Source of the DNA: Octopus vulgaris
Taxonomy: Eukaryota
Length of the DNA stretch: 64,000 bases
NCBI GenBank assembly: GCA_951406725.2
Contig: OX597838.1
Span: forward strand, 23,808,001 to 23,872,000
Reading direction: 5' to 3'
Part shown: positions 13,116-26,756 of the stretch, piece by piece
How the letters are laid out: each line of letters opens with the position of its first letter
Position numbering within the stretch: position 1 is the stretch's first letter
Position numbers and translations under genes: made by a program
The notes under the pieces: model-generated
Told to the model about the DNA's origin: nothing
Databases searched by the model: none
Seen by the model: the letters and a program-made list of their open reading frames with translations, nothing else

Positions 13116-13699
13116 AATAATAATAATAATAATAGTGATAATAATGATAATCTTATTGTATGTAGTGCTCAGGTGCACCACAATACATCAGAAAATGGTA
13201 AGAGAGGTGACAGAAAGCATCAATAAGCCAAGTAAAGAAACAGCAGTGAGATTAAAAGAATACATACATGGCACACAGAATGAAACACAAAAAAACCCCC
13301 TTTGGAAAGTGAACAGTAAAAGAGCCATAAAAGAAGAAAGAATACATAGGTTCGTCAGGAACTGTGTTGATGAATTACAAGAAGTATGGGGTTTTTGAAG
13401 GATTCCATGTCCTGACATCTAACAATCAAATGTGAGTTGTTTATTCCATGCTTTCATATTTCTGAGCTTGGAGCAAAAAAAAAAAATGCTTCTGAAAATC
13501 ATGGTTCTGCAGTGTTCGTGATTTTAAAAGCATGATTAAAGGTAATTTGGTTGCTATATCTAGCAAGTCGAATGAACCTCACAAAGGTTTTCTTCTTACT
13601 GATGTTGTTTGACCCCAGGTTGGTTATGTTCTTAATTAAAGATGTTCTAGCAGTGATCATGACAGATTTTATTTGGATAAACGTATCTTACTCTTTTGC

Positions 13700-13905
13700 T
13701 CTTGTGCTTGTTTCAGTTGTTTGACTGCAGCCATGCTGGAGCACTGCATTAAAAGGGCTTTAGTTGAACAAATCAACCCAGGACGTATTCTTTGCAAGCC
13801 TAATCCTTATTCTATTGGTCTCTTTTGGTGAACCACTAAGTTATGGGGATATAAACACACCAACACCAGCTGTCAAGTAATGCTGGGAGACAAACACAGA
13901 CACAT

Positions 13906-13963
<58 letters not shown>

Positions 13964-14125
13964 GATAGGCTTCTTTCAGTTTCTGTCTATCAAGTCCATG
14001 TACAAGGCTTTTGATGGTCCAATGCTATAGTGGAAGACACTTGCCTAAAGTGCCATGCAGTGGGACTGAACCCGGAACCATGTGGTTGAGAAGCAGGCTT
14101 CCTACCACTCAGCCACACCTGCACC
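13700..14125 (-). mobile_element. SINE S1
   Basis: Reverse complement of the S1 layout. Confidence 0.75.
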
Positions 14126-14431
14126 TTGGACTGCATTACTCACTGTCATTTCTTATTACCATTCTTATTGTCCATTGGTGTTTGATGTTACTGGTCAAAT
14201 GAAGGTGGCAAGCTGGCAGAATCATTAGCACGCCAAGCAAAATGCTTAGGGGTATTTCGTCTGCCTTTATGTTCTGAGTTCAAATTTCGCCAAGGTCAAC
14301 TTTGCCTTTCATCCTTTCAGAGTCACTAAATTAAGTACCTGTTGCGCACAGGGATTTGATCTAATCGACTGGCCCACCCCCCTCCCCCAAAATTTCGGGC
14401 CTTGTGTCTAGAGTAGAAAAGAATCATTGGC

Positions 14432-14612
14432 AATAATAATAATAACATCGAAAAGTACCTTAGGAATGAGAACCCAGGTTTGAAATTTCCCCAAGACACC
14501 TGATGTAAGCTGGAGGGTACATCAGCTGAAACATTGTGTTAACAACAAACAAGATGAGGACAAATATCCGTCAATAATGTACATAATTCCTCATCTCTTA
14601 AATATAGGACTG
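14432..14612 (+). mobile_element. Family B element body, 5'-truncated at (AAT)n
   Basis: Colinear with the reverse complement of 17787-17970. Confidence 0.7.
14495..14540 (+). ncRNA. Degenerate type I hammerhead, same family as 17876-17921
   Basis: gacac-CTGATGT-aagctg(gagggtacat)cagct-GAAAC-att-gtgtt; A9 is mutated. Confidence 0.55.
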
Positions 14613-14627
14613 AATCATTAGCATGTA

Positions 14628-14777
14628 GGCATAGGAGTGGCTGTGTGCTTACCAACCACATGGTTCTGGTTTCAGTTCCACTGCATGGCACCTTGGGCAA
14701 GTGTCTTCTACTATAGCCTCGGGCCGACCAAAGCCTTGTGAGTGGATTTGGTAGACGGAAACTGAAAGAAGCCCGTC

Positions 14778-14819
<42 letters not shown>

Positions 14820-15041
14820 ATGTGTGTGTGTGTGTATGTTTCTGTGTCTGTGTTTTTACTCCCACCATTGCTTGACAACCGATGCTGGTGTGTTTATGTC
14901 CCCGTAACTTAGCAGTTCAGCGAAAGAGGCCGATAGAATAAGTACTAGGTTTACAAAGAATATGTCCTGGGGTCGATTTGCTCGACTAAAAGGCAGTGCT
15001 CCAGCATGGCTACAGTCAAATGACTGAAACAAGTAAAAGAG
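14628..15041 (+). mobile_element. SINE S1
   Basis: Full head/microsatellite/tail layout ending gactgaaacaagtaaaagag. Confidence 0.8.
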
Positions 15042-15633
15042 TATGTCGAAGGAAATGCTGAGGGCGTTTCTTCCAACTCTACATTCTGAGCTCAAATACC
15101 ACTGAGGTTGACGTTGGCTTTCATCCTTTCATGGTTTGATAAAATAAGGTCAAGTTGAGCACTGGGGCCGGTGTAGTCAACTAGTCACCCTCCCAACAAA
15201 CTTCAAACCTTGTGCCTATCATAGAAACGATATTACTGGCCACATCTCGAATGTTTCTTTTTAAAGAAACCAACAAAGAAATCTCTGTTCCAGTAGGTTG
15301 AGCAATAAATATAATCATCAATGTTTGATGAAATTAAATAAATAGCTAAACAAAATCTTTCCCCAAACAATAAAAACAGGAAATTGATGATTGACAAAAG
15401 TATATTGTAACCGTTCTGAATCCAAGCCAAAACAATAATGACTTTTGCTCAGTTATTGGAGAAAAAAAAAATCCATAAATTTATAGGGGGGTGGAAGGTA
15501 GGGGGATACAAGGATTGTATAATTTGATATATGCATACATATACATACCTACATATATATATATATATATATATATGTACTCACAAACACATACATATAC
15601 ACAATAGATATATATATATATTATGCATATCTG

Positions 15634-15697
<64 letters not shown>

Positions 15698-15708
15698 TAT
15701 ACATATAT

Positions 15709-15743
<35 letters not shown>

Positions 15744-16359
15744 CACCTACATGTATATACATACACATACATATTCATATATATACATACACACACACAT
15801 ATATATGTTTATATATATATATTTGATTAATGAGAGAGATGGAAGATAAGAGAGAATGTTTATTAATCACTACAATTCTATTTTCCATCTCTCTCATTAA
15901 TCAAATACCCAATGAACTCTGAAAGTGAACGTGCTTTACCAGTAACTACCAGGTGTACACCATACGATTTATTATCTAATAATATATAAACTAATACACC
16001 TGTTTGTTATTCCTACACCTATCTTTGTCTTTTGTAAATTTGAACTATATATATATATATATATATAGTTTAGAACATGTATTCATAATGATGTATATTG
16101 TATATGGTGATTGACGATTTAAAGTCTATTTCTCAGCATATTGGCATAGAAATTGTTTCTTTTGCCCTGAAATTTGTGGGGAGAGGACTAGTCGATTACA
16201 TCAACCCCAGTGTTTCACTGGTACTTAATTTATCGACCCCAAAAGGATGAAAGGCAAAGTCAACCACAGCGGAATTTGAACTCAGAATGTAAAAGACAGA
16301 TGAAATACTGCTAAACATTTTAGTCAGCATGCTAACGATTCTGCTAGCTCACTGCCTTC

Positions 16360-16394
<35 letters not shown>

Positions 16395-16669
16395 TATAAT
16401 CTTTTCTACTAAAGATACAAGGCCTGAAATTTTTGGGGAGGGGTAAGATGATTACATCGACCCCAGTGTTTCATTGATGCTTAATTTATTGACCCCCGAA
16501 AGGATTGAAAGGTGTTATATCTTCAGTGACAATATATAGCATGTGTGTGCGTGTGACAATATATCACAGTATCAAATATAACCGTATAACAATAAGCAAT
16601 GGTTATCTTATTATAACCATTTGCACAATAACAATCCAAGACTCCAAGAATCGAAATCAAATTCAATGA

Positions 16670-17127
16670 CTGGCATCCGTGCTAGTGAAGCGCTAAGAGT
16701 ACCATACGAGTGAGATCGTTGCCAGAGCAACAAGCTGGCCTCCGTACCGATGGCACGTAAAAAAAACACCATTCGAGCGTGATCGTTACCTGCGTTGCCT
16801 TACTGGCACTTGTGCTGGTGGCATGTGAAAAAACATTCGAGCAAGGTCGTTGCTAGTGCCCCTGGACTGGCTCCTGTGCAGGTGGCATATAAAAAGCACC
16901 ATTTGAGCATGGCCGTTGCCAATACCGCCCGACTGGCCCTCGTGCCGGTGGCACGTAAAAGCACCCACTACACTCTTGGAGTGGTTGGTGTTAGGAAGGG
17001 CATCCAGCTGTAGAAACTCTGCCAGATCAGATTGGGTCTGGTACAGCCATCTGGTTCACCAGACCTCAGTCAAACAATTCCAACCCATGCTAGCATGGAA
17101 AGCGGACGTTAAACGATGATGATGATG
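16670..17127 (+). mobile_element. SINE-like family S3 (internal tandem units, (GAT)n tail)
   Basis: Repeated gccggtggcacgtaaaaagcacc units, ending aagcggacgttaaacgatgatgatg. Other copies at about 11190-11410, 22928-23330(-), 34228-34558(-), 37885-38108, 42615-42937, 49045-49330(-), 55085-55375 and 61838-62025(-). Confidence 0.75.
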
Positions 17128-17388
17128 CTGACTCCAATGCAGAATCAATAACAAGACTAACACCCTCACAGATTAACCTCAACTAAGGCTTGTCCAATCC
17201 ACTGACAGTTATGTGTGAGAGGGTGTCACTTCATTTGACAAGAAAAGGCAAAGTCGACCTCAGTGGAATTTGAACCTAGAACATTAAGATGAACGAAATG
17301 CTGCTAAGCATTTTACCTGGTGTGCTAACGATTCTGTCAGGTCACAGCCTTAAAATAAAAGAAAAATGATAATGGAAAAAAGGCTCAC

Positions 17389-17658
17389 GTTTTACATTCC
17401 CGATGCCATTTTTATCACCAGTTCTGTTGGAATGTGTATTCTCTGGTCCGCCATTCAAACATCGGAAGTCACAGCAAGCATTCTCAACAGTTTTGATCTT
17501 CATGCAGGCTGGAGGAGAACAAAGGACCATGTTACACATGATGTGTAGACCGTTCTGGCACATACAAGACCGACACGGCTCATCTTTATCGGGTGTGTAT
17601 TCGTCACCGTTGGACACGATGTTCCCCTCCCAGTCACGGCATGGCAAACTGGAGACAC
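17389..17658 (-). CDS. DGCR2: VWC (von Willebrand factor C) domain exon of the DGCR2-like gene
   Basis: Bounded by tttctcttccag| and |gtgagc; 270 nt, phase 1-1. VSSLPCRDWEGNIVSNGDEYTPDKDEPCRSCMCQNGLHIMCNMVLCSPPACMKIKTVENACCDFRCL shows VWC cysteine spacing (CxxCxC...C...C...C...CC...C). Confidence 0.9.
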
Positions 17659-17786
17659 CTGGAAGAGAAAGATAAATTGATTTAGACAGATAGAAAGAGA
17701 TAGAGATATAGATAGATAGATAGACAGACAGACAGTTGGATAGATAGATATAGAGATAAAGATAGATAGATAGACAGACAGACAAT

Positions 17787-17968
17787 ACAGTTCTATATTT
17801 AAGAGATAAGGAATTATGTACGTTATTTACATTATTTACATTTGACAGATATTTGTCCTCATCTTGTTTGTTGTTAACACAGTGTTTCGGCTGATATACC
17901 CTCCAGGCTTCTTCAGGTGTCTTGGGGAAATTTCGAACATGGGTTCTTATTCCTAAGGTATTTTTCGA

Positions 17969-17999
<31 letters not shown>

Positions 18000-18092
18000 G
18001 TTGTTGTTTTTTGTTGTTTATGTCACTGCTTGGAATCGAACTCGGAATCTTGGGGTTAGTAGCCCACACTCTTAACCACTATGCCATATGCC
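17787..18092 (-). mobile_element. tRNA-headed SINE-like element carrying a hammerhead (family B)
   Basis: Minus strand: A-box-like ggcatatggcatagtggttaa and B-box gagttcgattcc head (18092-18020), an (AAC/AAT)n linker, then a ~180-bp body shared with 14441-14612. Confidence 0.7.
17876..17921 (-). ncRNA. Degenerate type I hammerhead in a tRNA-headed element
   Basis: Minus strand gacac-CTGAAGA-agcctg(gagggtatat)cagcc-GAAAC-act-gtgtt. Stem I is gacac/gtgtt; the cleavage-site U is mutated. Confidence 0.6.
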
Positions 18093-18362
18093 CGTGGGCA
18101 ATTATGGAGTGAATTTTAGGGCTTTCTTCTGACTCTTGGTTCTTTACATTTTGAGTTCAAATTCCACAGAGTGTGACATTGGCTTTCATCCTTTTGGGGG
18201 TCGATTAAATAAAACACAAATTGAGCACTGCAGTCGGTGTAATTGACAATCCACCTTTCCTCGGAGTTGCTGGCATTACGCCAAAATTTGAAACCATTAT
18301 TATTAGTAATAGCATGAGACAACAAAGGAGAAACAAAAATCTCTCTCACTCTAGATATATAC

Positions 18363-18396
<34 letters not shown>

Positions 18397-18899
18397 CATA
18401 TATATAAGGAAACAACAAACCAAAAAGTTGAATCATTGTGCACTGATGTATAAAGGTATAGATAAGGATGTAAATGACAGGAAAGTTAGAAATAAAACCA
18501 ACTCAAAGACCAAAATGGAACCTGCCCTCACCTCACGCCAATAGCTGAGAGAGAGAGGAGAGAGAGGGAGACTTCTTGGTAGTTAGTAAAATACAGCAAA
18601 ACTGAACAAAGAGGAAGTAATCCAATATGAAAGACAGACAATTGCTGAAAAAGCTTTGAAATAAAAGACCAGGAATGGAAGGTCTGATTTTAGCTGCCGT
18701 AAGATCAATGCCACGGCTAGATCAAAAACGACCAAAATAAAATGAGCGGTTAGCATCAAACTGTAGACTATGCAGTCAGAATAAATATATATAATTGGCC
18801 AAACCATTCTTAGCCGCAAAGAAAGAATATAGACACTGGCATGATTTGGTGGGGTGAGCGGGGAGAGTGGTTATGGCCACTGAGTAAATGGTTCTCTAT

Positions 18900-20298
18900 G
18901 AATTTTGGTACAAAGCCAGTGATTTTGAAGGGGTGAGGAATCAATTACATCAACCTCCACCCCAATGTTAAGCTGGTACTTTATTTTATTGACCCCCCCC
19001 CACTGAAAGAATGAAAGGCAAAGGTGGGATTTGAACTCAGAATGTAAAGCCAGAAGAAATGACCCTAAGTATTTTGTCTAACATGCTAATGTTATTTCTT
19101 TATTGCCTACAAGGGGCTAAACATAGAGGGGACAAACAGGGACAGACAAAGGGATTAAGTCAATTACATCGACCCCAGTGCGTAACTGATACTTATTTAA
19201 TCGGCCCTGAAAGGATGAAAGGCAAAGTCAACCTCGGCGGAATTTGAACTCAGAATATAACAGCAGACGAAATACCTATTTCTTTATTACCCACAAGGGA
19301 CTAAATATAGAGGGGACAGACAAAGGGATTAAGTCAATTACATCGACCCCAGTGTGTAACTGGTACTTATTTAATCGGCCCTGAAAGGATGAAAGGCAAA
19401 GTCGACCTCAGTGGAATTTGAACTCAGAATATAACAGCAGATGAAATACGGTTAAGCATTTCGCTCGGCGTGCTAACGTTTCTGCCAGCTCACCACCTTA
19501 ACATGCTAATGTTTCTGCAAGCTTATCGCCTTAACAACAACAACAACAATAATAATAATAGTTTCAAATTTTTGGCACAAGGCCAGCAATTTTGGGGAGG
19601 GAGTAAGCTGATCATGCTGGCTCCAGTGCTCAACTGGTACTTATTTTATCAACCTCAAAAAGATGAAAGGTGAAGTCAACCTCAGCAGAATTTGAATAAC
19701 AATAATAATAATGGATTCAAATTTTGGCACAAGGCCAGCAATTCCAGGGAGGGATGAGTCAATTCCATCGACCCCCAGTGTTCCACTGGCACTTATTTTC
19801 TCAGCATAAGAAGGATGAAAGGCAAAGTTGACCTTGGTGGAATTTGAACTCAGAACATAGTGACAGGCGAAATACTGCAAAGCATTTTGTCCAGCGTGCT
19901 AACAATTTTGCCAGCTCGCCACTTTAAATAATAATAATCCTTTTTACTATAGGCACAAGGCCTGTAGTAACTGGTACTTATTTCATTGACACCCCCCCCC
20001 CCCCCCCGAAGGGTTTGAAAGGCAAAGTCGACCTAGGCGGAATTTGAACTCAGAATGTAAAGACAGACAAAATACCTATTTCTTTGCTACCCATAAGGGG
20101 CTAAAATACAGAGAGGACAAACAAGGACAGACAAACAGATTAAGTCGATTATATCGACCCCGGTGCGTAACAAGTACTTATTTAATCGACCCCGAAAGGA
20201 TGAAAGGCAAAGTCGACCTTGGCGGGATTCGAACTCAGAACGTAACAGCAGATGAAATACCGCTAAGCATTTCGCCCAGCGTGCGAACGTTTCTGCCT
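18900..20298 (-). mobile_element. SINE S2 cluster including tandem multimers
   Basis: About seven S2 units, with fused junctions near 19275 and 20075. Confidence 0.75.
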
Positions 20299-20300
20299 TT

Positions 20301-20342
<42 letters not shown>

Positions 20343-20577
20343 CCTTTCTACTATAGACACAAGGACTGAAATTTTGGGAGAGAGGTTTAGTTGATTTCAT
20401 TGAATCCAGTGCTTGAAGAGATGAAAGACAAAGTCAACGTTGGTGAAATTTAAACTCAAAACACAAAGAAGAATTACTCCTGAGCCTTTTGTTCAACATA
20501 CAAGAAATTTTGCAAGCTTGCTGCCCTCAAGCCATGAGTAATATGTAAATACATTCTTTTGTTTTGATTAATACCTT

Positions 20578-20942
20578 TTTACCTCCGCCATAGCGAAGGC
20601 GGAGGTATTGTTTTCATTCGTGCTTTTTGGTTTGTCCGTGGACAAGATATCTTAAGAACTGCTGGATGGATTTGGATGAAACTTGCAGAGATGTTTGGCC
20701 TCATGACTGGCATGAACTGATTAGATTTTAGGATCGATCTGGTAACAGACAAGGATTCTGGATAATTTTCCATTTATTTTACTTAATTTTTGAAAGTGAT
20801 CGGGTTCATTTTTAGTATTCTTGTTTGTGAGAGCGGTCAAGTTTATTTCAGATATTCTCATTTTAAAAATCATCTCTGGCTAATCGTTGAGAGGACATTG
20901 GTGTTGCCTTGGCAGAGGTTTGCACTCTGAGCACTCTTGTTT
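20578..20942 (+). mobile_element. Helentron-associated (HINE/DINE-like) non-autonomous element; fragment at about 11705-11842 (-)
   Basis: 5' hairpin tacctccgcc-atagcgaa-ggcggaggta, subterminal inverted ccttggcagaggt near the 3' end, T-rich flanks. Confidence 0.55.
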
Positions 20943-21252
20943 TACCTCTTTATTTTTGTCCATGCTTGCATGGATGGGATAGCAAAGATAGGAATTGATT
21001 TAAGAGCAGGATCTTATGGTCAGATGCTGTTCCTGTTGCCAACTCATACTCGGTCATAGAGTCATAGAGTGACTTGTTATAATATCAACAAGGAATGCTA
21101 ATATCAGCATCACAATCAATTCGCTTAAATGGCGACAAGTAACACATCAACATTCACACAAATTTACACACAGACTTATTTACACACTATTATCTATAAC
21201 TCTATGTACTTCAATTTCAAGGGTTAAAAGCAAATTTCAAATGTATGTGCTT

Positions 21253-21293
<41 letters not shown>

Positions 21294-21592
21294 CACACAC
21301 ACACAAATATATATACATGTATGCACACACTCACCTACATACATATATATTCATATATACATACATACATCACCACACATACATGTATACACACACACAT
21401 ACATACCTAGTTATATACAAATATAAGCACACAAGTACCAACTACAGCATGTGGTAATGACACAACTATGCTACTCTGGAATTAATGACTCTCAGAATGG
21501 CAAGCACATCCAAAAGAAGCCATTCTGGTACCACAATCAAAGATAGAAAAGGTAAAAAAAAAAAAGATCCTCACACACACACACACACACAC

Positions 21593-21644
<52 letters not shown>

Positions 21645-24019
21645 AAATATATATATATATATATATGTATGTATAAATATATATATATATATGTATATAT
21701 ACATACATACATACATATATACATGCATACATACATACATGCATACATACATACATATATTATGTATATGTACAAACAAAAAAAAACCCAAAACAAACAT
21801 AAAAACACCTATACATTGTGATAGACATCGTGATTCCTTTTGAGCAAAAACATTGATGTTTTTTTTTATTTCATTTCCTTCCGGAACCAAGTACAAAGCC
21901 CTTGAAATAAAAACAAGATGTAAGGTTTGAGAGTAAAATGGCACCGACAACATGGTAATGTAATGGATTTGATAAAGAAGAACATGAATGGAAACACTAA
22001 ATAAAAACAAAAAAATGCGTACCAGGGCTCACAACTTTGCAACACAATCTATAAAATAGCCTTGTTAGGTACAGAATAAAGTCTTCCAATATTATATTCC
22101 AATACATGCTATACCATTACCTCCCAATATTACAATATGACTCGTACAGTACATGTTCTATACAATCAGTATTCATTACTATAACCCAATCTACATTCTA
22201 CATCCAATGGTTCCAAACCATTTTTTGCCAATGGACCCCTTTTGATTTCTGTTTCACTCTACTGGCCTCCGCACCCCCTCATGTTAAAAAAATACCCTAT
22301 TGTAGTTTTCTAATTGAATATTATTAGGAATTGTAAGGCAGCGAGGTGGGAGAACCACTGGCATTGTCTTTAACGTTCTGAGTTCAAATTACACCAAGGT
22401 CGACTGTGCCTTTCATCCTTTCAGGGTTGATAAAATAAGTGCCAGTTGACCACTGGGGTCGATATAATTGATTTACCCCCTTCTCTCGAAGTTGCTGGCC
22501 TTGTGCAAAAGCTTAGAACTAATATTACAACACGACTCGCACAATACATATTCTTTATAATCACCACTCAGTACCATAACCCAAACTACATCCAGAGGTT
22601 CTCAACCATTTTTTGGCTATTTTACTCTACTACCCCACCCCCTGGTTAATAAAATATCCTGCCGTAGTTTTATAATTAAGTGTAATTAAGAATTGTAAGA
22701 CAATGAGGTGGTGGAATCGTTAGCATGTTGGGCAAAATGTTTAATGGCATTTTGTCCTTCTTAGACATTCTTTATTCAAATTATGCTAAGGTTGACTTTG
22801 CCTTTCGCCCTTTTGGGATCGATAAAATAACAGTTGAGCACTGGGGCTAATGTAATCAACTTAACCCCTTCTTCTGAACTTGCTGGCCTTGTATCAAAAT
22901 TTGAAACTAAATATTATTAGGAACTCATCATCATCGTTTAACATCCACTTTCCATGCTAGCATGGGTTGGATGGTTTGACAGGACTGGCGAACCAGATGG
23001 CTGCACCAGGCTCCATCTGGCAGAGTTTCTACAGCTGGATGCCCTTCCTAATGCCAACCATTCCAAGAGTGTAGTGGGTACTTTTACGTGTCACCGGCAT
23101 GAGGGCCAGTCAAGCGGTACTGGCAATGGCCATGCTCAAATGGTGTTTTTGACATGACACCTGCACAGGAGCCAGTCCAGTGGCACTGGCAATGACCTCG
23201 CTCAAATGTTTTTTCACATGCCACCGGTATTTTTACGTGCCACCGGCACAGAAACCAGTCAGCTGCTCTGGCAATGATCATGCTTGGATGGTGCTCTTAG
23301 AGCTCCACTGGCACAGGTGCTAGTCATTGAATTTGATGTATAATAAAAAGAACTATTAAAATATTTTGTGTATTTTAGGAGTATAACCAATTTCATCATC
23401 ACTGTTTAATGTCTGCTTTCCATGCTGGCATGAGTTGGATGGTTTGACAGGAGCTAGCCAAGCAGAAGATTATGAGCGATGGCTGGAAGAATATTGAGCT
23501 TTATTTGATAACCAGTTGATCTAGCAAGTGGGGCCTCATATCAGTGAAGGGGTGCTGGTGCGCATTGATGCCGTTGACAGGTAGGCCCTGGAATGGTGCT
23601 CATTCTCTCCTGATGACCCCATGCACTTGCTGCTTTCTGGTATGCGGAACTCTCGACCGGTAGTACTTGTCTGTTTTGGCACAGTTTTTACAGCTGGATG
23701 CCCTTCTTAACACCAACCACTCAGCAGAGTGGACTGAGTGCTTTTTCCCTGGCACCAGTACAGGTGAGGTCAGTTTTGGCAAGGTTTTTACAGCTGGATG
23801 CCATTCTAAACACCAACTGCTTTACAGTGTGGATGGGATGCTTTTTACGTGGCACCAACACTGGCAGGGACACCAAGTAACTTGCAAGACAAAGAACCTT
23901 TGAGAAGGTAGGGGACATTGGCGGAGGTAACTTTAACAAAATCTTATATGGACCCCAGTTAAGAACCACTGTTCCATACAATCACCATTGAATACTATAA
24001 CCCAATCTACATTCTACAC

Positions 24020-24574
24020 CAGTGGGTCTCAACTATTGTTTGCCAATAGGACCCCTTTGATTCCTATTTTACTTGACTGCCCCCAACTCTATTAAAAAAT
24101 ATCCTATTGCATTTCTAAATTAAATATTTTTACGAATTGTATAAAAAAATTGTTTAAATATTTTGTGTACTATAGAAACATAACCAATTTTTCGCACATC
24201 GTTTAACAACAAAATATTATATGGTTTTGTGGTTAAGAAGCTTGCTTCCCAATCATATGATCCTCAACGATTTTTTTTATCTATGGACCCAGTGGACACC
24301 CTATAGCCATTTGATGTTTAGAAACTGGTTTTATAGAAACTTCTTTCAAAATTCCTATTTTGTGATTCACACATCAACTCGTGTTGGTTGAACTATGCAA
24401 AACATTAGAGAAAGAAACCCAGCTGTTTCTTGCAAATGATGCATTTAAATCAAAATTTTACAGGGACACCTAAAATACTCCCGTGGATCCCCAATTTACT
24501 ATTTTGTTAGTGTGGACCCGTAAATCTTATACGGACCCTCGGGGGTCATATGAACTCTGGTTGAGAACTGCTGC
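24020..24574. mobile_element. hAT-like MITE remnant; related left ends near 22205 and 22593
   Basis: cagtgggtctcaac ... gttgagaactgctg termini. Confidence 0.5.
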
Positions 24575-25361
24575 TGTAGCATTTCAATTTATAGCAAACA
24601 GTCACTCCTCTCCATCTTCTCCTCCCAAATACTTCCTCTCAGTAGTGAGAGCGTTTTCTGTTTCCTTTTTCTCTGTGTCACAAGCTACATGCACATTTAC
24701 TAGTGCCAGTTGCATGAAAAACTAAAGAGAAGCACCCGTTGCTTCCCAACCACAGGGTTCCAGGTTCACTTCCACTGCGTGACACCTTGGGAAAGTATCT
24801 TCTATTATTGCCTCAGGTCAACCAAAAAACCTTATGAATGGGTTTGGTAGATGGAAACTGAAAGAAGCCTGTTGTGTGTGTGTGTGTCTGTGTTTGTTCC
24901 CACCACTGTTTGACAACTGGTGTTGGTGTGTTTATTCTGCTCAATATCATTGATTTGTTTGACCTTAACCAGTTGAGCATGTCCCTTAGTGGCTGACGAT
25001 ATGTGCATCTCTGATCATGAGCAGAAGTGGTGGGTGAGTATCATAGCCATGTGTTGAAAGGAATTCTTTGGGGTTTGATTAATTCACCTCTGGAAACACG
25101 GGTGTTTTGTTCATCATCCTGAAACAACCCTTATTCAGGGACCTTTTGAGTGGGATGGCCTACTCAACCTGAAGAAAACTGGGTCCCACCTGCAAGGTCA
25201 TGAGTAGTTTATCTTGATAATGAGATCACCATGTCGCGCACATATGGTTGTGATGCATGTGCCTGGTGTACCCTTATCAGACAGGTAATCATGATGGGTA
25301 TACTGGGCTTCGTATATTTTACCCCAGTGTCACTTTGATGGCATGCACTGCTCTCTCACTC

Positions 25362-25398
<37 letters not shown>

Positions 25399-25737
25399 GT
25401 AATGATAATGATAATAATAATACTTTCTACTACAGGCACAAGGGCTGAAACTTGGAAGGAGTGGGATAGTCAGTTACCACCTTCATTAAGAATAACTAAT
25501 GATAATAATTCTTTCTCATTTTGACCCAAGGGCAGAAATTTCGACTGATGTGGGGAAATCAATTGCATCAACTCCAGTATGCAACTGGTACTTATTTTAT
25601 TGACCCCCGAGAGGATGAAAGGCAAAGTCAACCTCAGTGGAGTTTGAACTCAGAATGAAAGACGACGAAATGTCATTAAGCATTTTGCCTGGTGTATAGT
25701 AACGATTGTGCCAGCCCACTGCCTTAATTAAATAATA

Positions 25738-25772
<35 letters not shown>

Positions 25773-25919
25773 CAATATGGATGAGGGTGGTGGTGGATTT
25801 GAAGAAGATGGCAATTATGATAGTGAGGATGATTTTAATGTTGTTGATGGTATCAGTGTTGATGATGATGGTGGTGGTGGTGGTGGTGGTGGTAGTGGTG
25901 TGGTGGTGGTGGTGATAGT

Positions 25920-26150
25920 GGAGAGCTGGCAGAAACGTTAGCACACCGGGCGAAATGCTTAGCGGTATTTCATCTGCCGCTACGTTCTGAGTTCAAATTC
26001 CGCCGAGGTCGACTTTGCCTTTCATCCTTTCGGGGTCGATAAATTAAGTACCAGTTACGCTCTGGGGGTCGATGTAATCGACTTAATCCGTTTGTCTGTC
26101 CTTGTTTGTCCCCTCTGTGTTTAGCCCCTTGTGGGCAGTAAAGAAATAGG
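25920..26150 (+). mobile_element. SINE S2, consensus-like full copy
   Basis: gagctggcagaaacgttagc...ctgagttcaaattcc...gcctttcatcctttcggggtcgataaattaagtaccag...aaagaaatagg. Confidence 0.85.
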
Positions 26151-26724
26151 TGGCGATAGTGGAGATGAAAACATGCTGAATATGATGGTGTTAGTGGGGG
26201 TGATGATGCTGTTGCCGATGTTAAAAATGATATTGATGACGACGATGATGATGATGTTAATGATGGTGTTGGTAAATGGAAGTAAATGAAACACAACAAT
26301 GAAAAAAAAAACAGCTGAGGAATGAGTAAACAAGAGCAAAACATATAACTGAGTGAAGAATGTTCTTTTTCTTTTTTTTTTGTTGATTTTTTTTTCCGCC
26401 CCATATGCAAGACAACTTGAAACGAAGCCTGACACATGTGCAGAAGAGAAGCGTGAGGTTGTGACACTTATGCCTGTCCCACCCAACAAACAGCAGCAGA
26501 TATACGAGTGTGAACGGGGAAACAGGAAGTGGTCTATCAAGAACTTACATCATCACCACGACCAACACCACCACCACCACCACCACCACCGCTGCCGCCA
26601 TCACGACCACCACCGGCGCCAGCATCACATACTGCCAGAGTAGAATGATGATGTCATTAGCATTCAAACAAACCAATCGATAATTCAAAGAATGGCAGCG
26701 ATAACTGCAGCGCCAGCAGCAGCA

Positions 26725-26756
<32 letters not shown>

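Noticed and set aside
21482-21545. Possible upstream exon ([13 protein letters not shown])
   Set aside because: All three frames hit stops and there is no suitable donor.
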